From NCBI GenBank assembly GCA_910592345.1, contig CAJVPI010000137.1, positions 1 to 50,288 on the forward strand: a DNA stretch of 50,288 nucleotides, read 5' to 3'. Made by a program: the position numbers and the translations under genes. Shown here one piece after another: positions 39,186-50,106 of this stretch (position 1 is its first letter; every line of letters starts with the position of its first letter). Source of the DNA: Paraglomus brasilianum. Taxonomy: Eukaryota. The notes beneath the pieces were generated by a model. The model saw only the letters and a list, made by a program, of their open reading frames with translations. It was not told where the DNA came from and did no database searches.

Positions 39186-40826
39186 ATGCTGGCCAAATTC
39201 TTCTTCAATTTATTTACCGGCTGCGACAACGGTAACAACAATAAACACGTCGACACTGTCTCAGTCAGTAAATGTCCATTTGCTAACAGCCCATCGTATC
39301 GCACCAATTCTGCTAAACGAAACTCTACCGATTACCACAAGAGAAATTCTTCTTCGGGCGCATATACACCATCTTTTACGTCTTACATATTTCCAAACAC
39401 AAACATATCGTTGCTAAATGCCAAGTTCAAAGCATCGTCCAAAGCTTCACCGCCTCCCTCCCCCGCGCGTCCGACTCCATACACATACCCCCGCGACAGC
39501 TTAAACAGCCTTTTCAAAAATGTAAACAACTCGTGGCCTCCAAAGAGTTCTCCTTCAACTGTACCATACCCGCTCTCGCTATACGTTCAACTTTGTGACC
39601 AAATACCGTCACGCATGACATCAGATGCATACACTCATGTTGAATTTATGGCATGGATGATCGAATATTTGTCCAAAAATATATTGCATGTAATGACCGA
39701 TGTTATGAACAAAATTGAAGCACTACAACCGGGGGATGGTCATTATGAAGCCATGTTAAGCTGTCTAAGCGTTTGTCTTCTTTCATACCGTTGGGGTCCT
39801 CTTCCTAACGGTTCTTCCGTTGCCTGTGTCTCGTCTCTCCAGCTCCCAAGCGAGTTAACCATACCATTTACACGATTGACATCTCGAATAGGGTTACCGC
39901 CTTGTCCTACATTGTATTCGACTATATTGTGTAATTGGACCGAGTCCACTACCCTCAATATCGATAATGAAGAAGTTGTTTGGCCACTCGATACAAGATT
40001 TACGTTTAGCATGAGAGACGATAAAGACATAGGATCAACCACAGAGAGAGGATTCTATCTTAGTGTTATTAGAATGGAGAGCATGGCAAAAAAATTATAT
40101 GAGCGTGCTGCTACGTTGGTTGAACTTGTGAATGGATACGCGGATATTCCATCAAAGCCAATGAGCAAGACTACAAAGGACAACACAGGAATGAAAGAGC
40201 AAAAGATAATTGAAGCAATGTCTCAACTACGTCATTCTGCTACGCAAGTCTTTCGCGTATTCTATAGCATGACTGCTAAAAGTACCCAATCATCTCGCGG
40301 TTGTCCATTTGCCTCTCCGTTTGCAATGTCTGCATCCGCATGGTCGACACACGCACAGACACCAACGGGTTGGGAATTGTCGGGTTTCAAGGGCATTTCT
40401 GGATCTCAATCACTAATCATTCCAGTGTTGGACACTGTTCTATCATGTGTTGGTACATCGCCTGCATATCTAGATGCGGTTGACTCGTATAAGCACTATA
40501 CAACGCAGACCATGCGAAATTTCGTTGATTCCATCAAAAACGCTCCGGTATCTCTTCGTGAATATGTGATGAAGTCAAAATCGGTTGCACTCAGGAAAGA
40601 GTACAATCAATTAATCAATTCTTTGGCAGTGTTTAGAATGGGGCATAGGGCAGTTGGAAAGAAGTATCTTGGGGGAGGAGAGGGTAACGCAGAGGCAGAA
40701 AAAACTGCAGGTGAATTGGTTGATAAAATACGAAAAGATGGTGAGTCAACGGTTGATACGTTCGCTAGGGCAATGACAGAGAGAATATTAGAAACAAAAA
40801 AATTGCTTGTAGAAGAAATACGTTAG
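39186..40826 (+). CDS. Divergent indoleamine 2,3-dioxygenase (IDO)-superfamily heme protein, intronless
   Basis: LPSELTIPF...IGLPP...ILCNW, FKGISGSQSLIIPVLD (compare IDO GGSAGQSS), SLREYV...YNQLINSLAVFRMGH (proximal His position). First ATG is at 39186; the track start is GTG. Confidence 0.85.
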   Translation: MLAKFFFNLFTGCDNGNNNKHVDTVSVSKCPFANSPSYRTNSAKRNSTDYHKRNSSSGAYTPSFTSYIFPNTNISLLNAKFKASSKASPPPSPARPTPYTYPRDSLNSLFKNVNNSWPPKSSPSTVPYPLSLYVQLCDQIPSRMTSDAYTHVEFMAWMIEYLSKNILHVMTDVMNKIEALQPGDGHYEAMLSCLSVCLLSYRWGPLPNGSSVACVSSLQLPSELTIPFTRLTSRIGLPPCPTLYSTILCNWTESTTLNIDNEEVVWPLDTRFTFSMRDDKDIGSTTERGFYLSVIRMESMAKKLYERAATLVELVNGYADIPSKPMSKTTKDNTGMKEQKIIEAMSQLRHSATQVFRVFYSMTAKSTQSSRGCPFASPFAMSASAWSTHAQTPTGWELSGFKGISGSQSLIIPVLDTVLSCVGTSPAYLDAVDSYKHYTTQTMRNFVDSIKNAPVSLREYVMKSKSVALRKEYNQLINSLAVFRMGHRAVGKKYLGGGEGNAEAEKTAGELVDKIRKDGESTVDTFARAMTERILETKKLLVEEIR

Positions 40827-41511
40827 GACAGTATTTATTTGAACATAATAGTATCAGTCTTGATTATTAAATTAAACTGTTCGGTACTGGGTACTGAACT
40901 GAATTGAAAGAAAAAATGTGTTTAAATAATGTGTATTTACATATGTTATTATAACTATAAATTTTGTTTATTTGTTAATTTATTATAATTACGCATTAAT
41001 GCTTTTTTTGATCGCAACAATGAGTTGCATACGCTTTGTCTAATAATAATGAGCTTGTTCGCCCACAACCTGATATTAAACATGTGTCTAAACAACAGAT
41101 TGCATTTCGGCTGGCCGTGGAGATTTTCTTTACATCGTTATTCTAATTGCACAGGATTTTAGGGATTTACTTTTAACGAGTTTACTGTGGTATCCATTTG
41201 GAATAATTAGCAGAATTGTGCTAGTGTATGGCATATGAGCTAGTTAAACGCTCACGCCTTCCGCCATAAGTTTGTTTGGGCTAACTAGCAGCTTTCGAAC
41301 AGTAAATTTTCCTTCATCGTTCATTCAAGTAAAGATCTACGAGCGCACCACACACCATTATTTCACACAAGGCCAATTTATAAGAAGATACAATTTCTTT
41401 GGGAAAAGCTTTAATTTTTACAAGTAAAAAAGGCAGTACGGCGGCATACACAATAGTTACACCTTTAATACTAGAGCACCGTTTGTTAACTTGAGAATGA
41501 TCTAAATTTAG

Positions 41512-41718
41512 ATATCTTTACTCGAACAGCTTTCCGGCAAGATAGTTTTAAAGGATAAAGTTAAACCAATAGGGTTGAATGGTTTTGTTGCGTTGGAAAG
41601 AGAGTCGGATCAGATCATACCGGGTAAGAAAAAGATTAGCCGTTTTGTAATAAGATTGGATCGATCACTACTTAATGATCTACAAAAAGGTCATTACGCG
41701 CTTGGATATAGTACTTAA
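41512..41718 (+). pseudogene. Probable HMG-box gene relic
   Basis: Stop-free, ATG-less frame reading KPIGLNGFVAL...KISRFVIRLDRSLLNDLQKGHYAL, which aligns by eye with the two neighbouring HMG boxes. The conserved Trp is lost and in-frame stops flank it. Confidence 0.5.
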
Positions 41719-41815
41719 TTAACATTGTTTGTCTAATTCTGTAATTGACCACATAAGCCTCCAGAAAAACTTGATACAGATTATTAACAGCAATGAACCA
41801 GTGTTTATTCTTTTT

Positions 41816-41866
41816 CTTCATTAAACCGATCACCATCATTAAACCGATCACCATCATTTAACCGAT
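41816..41866. repeat. 18-bp tandem repeat, about 2.5 copies
   Basis: cattaaaccgatcaccat repeated. Confidence 0.8.
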
Positions 41867-42664
41867 AATTCAATTGCCAATTTTACGGCAGTTTCGGTAG
41901 CGACCGAATTCCTTGTTTGTATGAACGGATTGATAATGATAATAATGTGAAAGGAGACAAACTTGATCGTTATTTGCGTTATTTGTACTATTAAATACAA
42001 TCCGTTGAAACTCATATGAAACACTTTGTTCTTTGAACTAGCAAATAACTTTTGCCTTGTTTGGGACAAACAATCTTAGAATGTATACCCCCCGTCGTGT
42101 GTAACTGAGATGTGTGTCACAATATACATAGATGGATAAACATTCGGGAACGAACGGGGGTCTGTCAACACACCAAATTTAGTATGTAATTCGAAGTGTG
42201 TGATACTAGCATGACTGCATTGAGGAATATTTCAAATACTAACCCGGCGGCTGACCATTGTGTGTGGTGTTTGACAAACGCTGATCAACGAAGTATTTGG
42301 TAATTGCTATACGATTTAAAAACTACCAGCACGGTAAGAACACGTATCAATTACATCGAAAATAAAAGACCGAATATTCCCTCCTTCAGTATCGGAAAAC
42401 ACTCGAAATTGTTTCGAGCGTATGAATTCATGCTTCTCCTTACGTTCGAATGCTATATGAGATTTTTGAGCGTTGTATTTACTGTTCTGATGTTAGTTCT
42501 CAACCAGGTATATAGTATTGGCGAATAAACGGACAGAATTTGGATTCTTCTTTTCCACTTATCATCAACATGGCTTATATAAAGAAATGGATATGACGTT
42601 TGCTCCTAGAAATGCCGGTCCGATAACGTATTGGCTATCCTGCAGTACTGTGAGCAGGAGCGGG

Positions 42665-42790
42665 CTTTTTCGAACAAGTAGTATGGGTATGTATGTGAAT
42701 AACTTTTCGAACAAGTAGTATGGGTATGTGAATAACTTTTCTATCGCGAGGGACTTTTATTCACTGTGAATAACTTTTCCTAAGTAGTAA
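42665..42790. repeat. 33-37 bp tandem duplication with further partial copies
   Basis: ttttcgaacaagtagtatgggtatg(tatg)tgaataac occurs twice, followed by tgtgaataacttttcctaagtagta. Confidence 0.8.
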
Positions 42791-42806
42791 TAAAAATTTT
42801 ACTGTG

Positions 42807-42876
42807 CACGTGAGTTATCACGTGGTCTTTGGGAAGTGATCAGGCACGTGGTCTTGTGCACGTGATATGGCACGTG
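42807..42876. promoter_or_regulatory. Cluster of five CACGTG E-boxes
   Basis: CACGTG at 42807, 42819, 42845, 42859 and 42871; three are CACGTGGT. The cluster sits about 700 bp upstream of the HMG gene ATG at 43572. Function is inferred. Confidence 0.5.
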
Positions 42877-43571
42877 GTTTTTTATACGCGGCATTATGCT
42901 TATTTTGGACAGAAATTAAAATCTACATGACTTAATTTTAGGCTAATCCTGGACACATTTTTGCTTCAACAATTGGTACTCATTTATCCTTTTGTGATTG
43001 TTACCAATATCCATATTATACGTTGTCATACGCCATCCATCAAAAGCCCGTCTACACTGGATCTTGTTATCTCAATGAGGTATTCATGATCGACTCTGTA
43101 CTGAAGGGTCTCGATCAGGTAATTTTTGCAAGAAATCTTATCTTTGCAGAACTTGCGTATTTATATGGATATATGAAATACGTATTTAGATCACATTCCT
43201 ATTGCCGAAATTATACTTATGATTCTCATAACTATCTGAAGATACTGTAACGCAATAAATCCTTTCAATTATTTCCATTTGTTAGCAAACCGCCCAGAAC
43301 ATTACTTTTGAAGAGTTGGACTGAACGAAAATGGAATGATTTGATATCATACAAAAGGCGCAATTGGTATTTATGATTATCAAATAAAATGTCTTCTTTT
43401 ATTCATCTGATGCTTATCAATTATAGTATTGGGTTGAAACCAGTATTAGAGTTTTAATGCCTTGAATCTTATCCATCAGTAGAATATTAATAAATAATCG
43501 ATCTAATTCAAAGTATTCCCAACTCCAGACAAAAACGTTCTCCCAGTCTACAATTACCGAGATAACACCAA

Positions 43572-44081
43572 ATGGGACCAAACGACTTCAACAACAATCT
43601 AGGCGATCCCACCGTCAACTTACATAAAGACGCTTATGATGAACTAATCGCCGCCGTTGAATACGTTCCTTCATTCAATCTTGGAATTAACGTCTACGAA
43701 ACTAGTAAGATAGCTGCCGTAGTGTACGAGTTTGATGGTATACGGAACATTATCTGGTTCAATCTGCCTACGGTGGACGAGATTAAAAGAAGAAAGCCGA
43801 AAAAGATCAACGGTTTCCTTGTTTTCAGAAACCGTCTTCTTCGAGAATTGAAAACGCTCGGAGAGACCCTTATGCCGCACACTATGACGCAGATAGCAGC
43901 GCGCGTATGGCGTGCCACAAACGATGTTAACAAGGCAGTATTTCTTACACTCGCCAACGAAGTTATGGATTCAATACGATCGGAAGGATCAGGCATGGAT
44001 GTTGCTGGTACTGATGCAACTACCACATGTTATGAATTCCGTTGTCAGCATTGCAATGGACGTAACATTGTTAGGCGTTGA
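43572..44081 (+). CDS. MATA/Sex-type HMG-box protein with C-terminal Cys motif, intronless
   Basis: KPKKINGFLVFR...MTQIAARVWRATNDVNKAVFLTLA fits the HMG-box pattern. C-terminus reads CYEFRCQHCNGRN. Confidence 0.8.
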   Translation: MGPNDFNNNLGDPTVNLHKDAYDELIAAVEYVPSFNLGINVYETSKIAAVVYEFDGIRNIIWFNLPTVDEIKRRKPKKINGFLVFRNRLLRELKTLGETLMPHTMTQIAARVWRATNDVNKAVFLTLANEVMDSIRSEGSGMDVAGTDATTTCYEFRCQHCNGRNIVRR

Positions 44082-44129
44082 GTAGTTTGAAGAACAGAGG
44101 GTTGGGCTATGAGAATTTGTTGCGGTTTC

Positions 44130-44135
<6 letters not shown>

Positions 44136-44185
<50 letters not shown>
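44136..44185 (+). repeat. 50-nt poly(A) tract
   Basis: Uninterrupted A run starting 55 nt after the HMG stop codon. Confidence 0.9.
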
Positions 44186-44188
<3 letters not shown>

Positions 44189-45499
44189 AGAGAGAATCTT
44201 TCCTGTTTCCCCCCCCCCCCTTATATGTTATGGTCTTGGGATTTCGATATTTATTTATTATCTTTTCTCTCTATCTGGTTTACTACTGGACTGTATGTTT
44301 TTTCATACATTATAGTTACCCAAACATACTAAAAGTAGGTTTATTGTGTGTATAAGTTGTTTAGTGTCTCAAAACTTTTCGTTATTTGCAATAACGATAT
44401 TTAAAAAATGGGCTTTTGTAAAAACCTATTGTAAATGTGAATTTACTTACAAAACGCCCGTGTCTACTTCTGAAGCTTATAATAGACAATTTGTTGTTGT
44501 TTTTTGTAAAAAACAAAAACAAAAAACAATAACCTACAGCGTTACAAATTCACGCGGTATTCTTATGTAAATAAACTAGACAACGAGACAACTGTTAAAA
44601 AAATCCAAGAGCGAACAGGAGAATTGTAGAAGTATTATGATTGCTACAAATTTACTCTAATAATCAAACAATGTTCCGGCTGCATTCACGTCTACTGTTT
44701 GTGCTTATATACTCTTTTGCAGGGATTCATACAAATATCGGAGTTGTTAGTTAATAAGCGAACGTACATAGTTTGCCAACCTTTATTTTGACCGATTGAT
44801 AAAAGCGTTTGTAAAGCTTTCTGCGCTTTACCCCTTAAACTTATATAAATTTGGTAATTTCATAATAATTTGATTATCCTAACACAAGAAACAAACGAAG
44901 TGTTACCGGAAAAACGCTTGGCAAAATTCACAGAGTATAGAAAGGGTATTAATAGAACAGGACTTCTACAATATCAAGTATCAATAGACGGGATTAGTTA
45001 TTATCGCGCAGTCTTCCATAAATCACCAATTCCCTTAGATCCGTTTGGCAAGTCAATCTTTACTATTAAATTTCAATGTCTTAATCCTTATAACGTATTA
45101 GCAATGAACTGGAAATAAGATATTTACTCTTGTCTTTAAAAATTGTTGCGAATCTGTTCTGATCCATATTGTGACTATTGTTTTGGATAAGGGCGTGTTA
45201 TATATTTCTACCGCAATAGAATACTACATGTAGTCTATGGTAATATCTATTAGAGAACCTATCAACGCAAGCTTCGTGATTGGAACAGCATTACATGTAT
45301 ATACGGCTTAGCTCGACTGCTACATTGGTTATGTGAGCAAGTAGATTTGGAAACATGCTATAAACTTGGAAACGACAGTAAGTTGGTTTATAATTCATGT
45401 GTATGAAATCTAAAAATACGGAGAGAAAAAAAGGTGATAAAATAAAATTGGCCGCTCCTCAACCAATGCTTTAAAATGAAAGCAAACAATTTAGATATT

Positions 45500-45900
45500 A
45501 TTGATAATTAATTCGTTCGCTACTGCTTTCAAAGAACGAGCTTGCAGTTGATTCTACCAAATTAATTACAATGTTATCCGGAATATCTACACTCCTCGCC
45601 CATAAAAGCCTCTAAATCAGCAACCCGTCTTTCCACGTTTCGCTTAACAATTACTCATAGATTTTCTAGGGATTCAAATTTGGACTAATGGATGGCTAAT
45701 CCAGCATCTCTAGAACATTCTCATGAAGGATATTTCTAGCACAGCGCTTGTGTGTTTCGGGTTGCTGTTTTGTTAAACGTTAATGACGTCCAAACATCTG
45801 TTTAATGTCCGGAGGTACTGCCAGAAAATTTCCTTCGGCACCGCAGATAGCAAGAGGTAAATGCGTTATTTACTTGATTGCAGCAGCGATATTTGTTTGT
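45500..45900 (-). mobile_element. Tc1/mariner transposase 3' relic (same family as 2428-2830)
   Basis: Shares nucleotide blocks with 2428-2830. Minus strand gives KQQPETH-like (decayed QDNDPKH) and PNLNP*KIYE/IENL remnants. Confidence 0.65.
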
Positions 45901-48128
45901 AGAGGCAATTTATTGCTCTTACCAATAGATGTCATACAATTCAATTTGTAAGTTAACCTTATTTTCATAAACCTAATCCCAATGGCAAGAAATCAAAAAC
46001 TTTACACTGTATAAAGATTCGACAAACTATTCAATAAATATAGCTGACTACTTTGCTACAGCTGAACGCTCTGCAGCAATTACTCTGATATGCGTTACGG
46101 CCATTGAACATATGCTATTTCGGCGTGAGTTAGATAATATGTATATGTAATGTATTTTCTGCTTGAAATCTCTGAAAGCTAGAACTTTATTTAATCTCGC
46201 CTACGCCGTAGAGGTTAAAATATTGTGGAGAGAACCCAACCTTTGAACAATTACAATACACTCAGTTTGCCCTCAAAGTTGGAACGACTATCACACTGTG
46301 CCGTTACACTCAAAAAAAGGCATTGACTTGCAATGAAAACCTCCTTGGATGTTTAATATGTCTTACCTACAGTATGCAGATGTTAGACCAATAAGACAGA
46401 GCAATTTTACAATGATTTCTAGTAATCAATAAAGTATACACCATCTATTCTTAAGGTAGAATCAATTGTGAAATAAATCATTAAAATTGTCTAGACACTG
46501 ACTCGTTTTTTCTTGAAGAATGGGTGCTTGTTTGTTACACATTACTTGCATGTTCTAAAAATAAAGTTATTTGCTTCATTGCTAAGACATATGAAACGTA
46601 TGGCGTTATATTGTCGATAGCATTGGTTATTCGTTTTGGGTTAAATGCATTCTTTTATGCATTAGCTTACCAATATTAATCGCATTGCTATCTATATTAG
46701 ATAAGCATATAGCAGTGTAGCTTGGATGAGATGAAACGATAATCTGTTGTAAACAAGGGGGATTGATGAAGTAAAAAAGGGGCTCCCGAACGGGTTGTTC
46801 TTCTGCAAAAGGCGTTATGTAACACATATCCGTAATGCATTAACTCAACGCTTTAACAACTTTTATGGTTATCCAGTGTTTTATTCACGTAGCACACAAA
46901 GCACTATCTCATCTCATCAGTCGTTTCCCACGAGATGATACTTAGTCATTTGAATGCATTAAGTTGGTGTAACCTCTCATTTGTTATAGCGACTGTAATA
47001 TTCCTCCAAATTACTATTCGACTCCGACTTGTTCTTTGTTTTCCACCAAAGTTATGGAAAGCTCGGTTTTTATGTAATAATTTATAGCCAGCTTGGCGTA
47101 CGCAACTTAAATAACTAAATGCTTACTTGCTTTAACTTTGTGTTTGCTTTTTGGCTAATTTTCGAAAATTTACTCGGCTGAGAGGAGTATACGCCCGATA
47201 AAGTTTAAAATGCGTCCAGTAATATATTTTTATACACGAACATTCTTTATATGACGAAATTCATAAAGTCAATTTTGACTTTTACACGCAGGGATCAAAC
47301 TTGCTAAGATATATGCCAATAAGGAAGGTCTATAAACAAATCCATGATATCAAAAATAGTATCATTGATCCAAACCGACAACTTTTTATTTCATACTTAA
47401 TTCATGCATTTGAACCATCCGTTTGCTTTCATATGATTCACGCTGACGATTTCTTTTTTCCTGAGCATGTAAGCAACTCAATATATGCTAACACCAGAAA
47501 GAAACCTTTTTATTTTGTAATGTTGTTGCGTAAATGTTAGGTTTATGGCTGTGAATAGCAATTTGATTGGTGAATACAACTAATTTCGTAATGTAGCGGC
47601 TGAGTTTACATCAAATATTGCCATTTTATGTTACCTACAGTACGTATAATCGGAGAAGTAGTTACAAATGCGAATCCCGTATGTTCTCCTATATATTAAT
47701 TTATACAAATAAAGGGCATTCTCAACCATTGTTTGTAGACTCCGATGAATATACACGTACATTCATTTAAAACACATCAACCATCTAGGCTTCATATAGA
47801 GAGAAATGCTATTACAGTATTACGCACAGTTTGCATTTCAATTAGTAGACACTTATTTCCTGGTATGTATAGAGAGGCTAAATTTACTAAAACCTTCCTT
47901 TTAATGGAGCTAAGTTGGGATCCGCTATTCAACTAAGCTGTGCACAATCTAGTTTATATCGTTAGCGAAGCCAGATGTATGTTCAAACGTAAATGCAACT
48001 TCCTTTGTCATAACGCCAGATAATGGGTCTGTACACTTATGCAAGATAAGATAAATAATTTATTGAAATCAGTGAAATTAGTTGCACTTTAAACCTGATA
48101 TGTACAAACACCCGACATTCACAGTCCC

Positions 48129-49070
48129 CTAAGTGAGTTTCAAATTTTCTTCCTCTACATACCTGTTAATTTCGGCCGCAAGATTTTCTATCGCCTTTTT
48201 AGCAGAGTCAGATCTTTCCTTCCAAGTCCTACCTGCGAATTTGCTAACATAACCTTGAAAGGCTCCACTTTGAAATTCCTTTTTCTTATAATTTAGGTTT
48301 TTGGATAAGAGTGCGCGATATACCATATATGGATTAACACGCTTCGTACCCTTCCCCCGTCTTCGCCACACCCTAATTATGCCAAGAATATCTTTTTCCG
48401 ATGATGGCAATTCAAAACGAACAGTACAGTCCTCCCAGACTGCCCAAATTTCGCCAATGATAATATCGAGTTCGGCCTTGTCACTTTCGCTTGAGTGGTG
48501 TGTGCGAGTGGTAGCATTGTTAAATGAAACGGTCGTATTAGTATCCCTATTTTCTACTGGTTTGCTCTTTTCGCTGATAGTGTGACCAGCGAACTCTTGG
48601 TAGCTGCTGTTGTCATTGTCGTTGTCATCGTCGTCATCGCTGCCGTAGTGGCTTTCTATACTATCATTGTCATTGCCATTGTCGTTGTCGTTGTCGTTGG
48701 TGTTGTCGTTGTAATAAATTGGATGCTTTGAAAAGTGGCGAACAAAGTAGCAAATGTGATTGGGAGTGCAACTGAAAGAGCCATCGTTATCCCAGTAGAT
48801 ATAGAAATCTTCGTGGTTGGGATACATGTTGCACCTAGTTATGGATTTCAATTCCTCCTCGTTCTTCACGTATCGTACAGTATGATTACCATTGTCGCAC
48901 TCGGAGATGTAATGTAGGCTTTGCTGCTGAAAGGTGTGAGCAATAAAGTAAAGAGCATTCCCAATGTGACAAGGGTTGGACATGTCGCAATAGTATTTGA
49001 AGTTTTCGCCGTTGTTAATGATATGATTTCCACACTCTAACCAAGGGCAGGGATCAAATTGGATTGACAT
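48129..49070 (-). CDS. HMG-box protein with N-terminal Cys/His-rich duplicated module and Asp/Asn-rich linker, intronless
   Basis: C-terminal KRVNPYMVYR...VSKFAGRTWKERSDSAKKAIENLA fits the HMG-box pattern. The preceding FELP motif parallels FNLP in the 43572 gene. Confidence 0.78.
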   Translation of the reverse strand: MSIQFDPCPWLECGNHIINNGENFKYYCDMSNPCHIGNALYFIAHTFQQQSLHYISECDNGNHTVRYVKNEEELKSITRCNMYPNHEDFYIYWDNDGSFSCTPNHICYFVRHFSKHPIYYNDNTNDNDNDNGNDNDSIESHYGSDDDDDNDNDNSSYQEFAGHTISEKSKPVENRDTNTTVSFNNATTRTHHSSESDKAELDIIIGEIWAVWEDCTVRFELPSSEKDILGIIRVWRRRGKGTKRVNPYMVYRALLSKNLNYKKKEFQSGAFQGYVSKFAGRTWKERSDSAKKAIENLAAEINRYVEEENLKLT

Positions 49071-50106
49071 TTTGTATATTCAAACTTTTTTTTTGTTTTC
49101 TGAATATCGTTTTCTTCTTTGCGTTCGTTCAGATAAAAAGTGAGAAGCACTTCGATCAGTTTTATTGTCTTGCGCCGCAGCATGTTCTGCCAAAAATAGA
49201 TCAGCATTTTGGAGAAGAAACTTCCATCAGAAATTCGGTGGACCAAAAAAGTAACTACAATGGCCATATATGCACATGAATATGTATCTAAGCTTGTACT
49301 ACAAGTCAATCTCGACCAGGTGGGCTGGCTTATCGAGAACACGTGACCTAACCGAATATAACAATAATAAATTTAATTTGTAAAAAACTATCTATTACTA
49401 TCTAGAGTAGTTTGTTTCATTGAATTGATCTTCCTTATTTAGTCTCTTATTTTTAATACATTTTCGACACTTCTAAAGCCGTCTTATTTGACACCGGTAA
49501 CAGATATTTACGTTATAACGTATCGAACACAACGTTCTTAACCAATAGGAAGAACACATTTATTACGTGAGAACCGACTTATCGAGGTATTATGTCGTGC
49601 ACAAATCCCGTCATCGTATAAATCCCGTCAAAGTACCCCAAAATTGAGAAGTGTCCCTAAACATTTTTCTTATTATTATCTCAATCAGCGGATAAACGCT
49701 GAGTTATGTAATAAGACTACTGTAACAATAACGGTAACCCTTGTGTTTTCCTACTACTAGTAAGCATAACTATGTTTACTTTCTTATTAATTTAATATTT
49801 TGTTCACGTTATCATATGAATCCTTTCTGATGTTACACGGAAATGCCAAAGTTAATATTATCATCGCTGTCTATAATTGTTGTGTTCTTGTTCTTGTTAT
49901 AATGTTTTAATAAACACCTTAACAGCCTATTACTATTATTAATTAATTCTCGTTGTTAGTATGACCGTGTTACAGGAATCTCAAATTATATGGTAACTTC
50001 GCTGTTAATATGATCAATAGTTATAGAAGATCAATTCAAGCTAAATACTACATGTTGTCATATTTGTCATATTAATAAATAAGAATGCGAAACAGAACAA
50101 TTGTTG

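Noticed and set aside
46870..46945. Minus-strand hammerhead-like string: ATC, tcgt/acga stem, CTGATGA
   Set aside because: No GAAA with a complementary stem III follows a credible stem II, so the core is incomplete.
3587..49342. Many short ORFs in the track (for example 14908-15441, 30946-31281, 44109-44315, 44870-45118)
   Set aside because: They are antisense or alternate-frame shadows of real genes, low-complexity artefacts, or have no recognisable homology.
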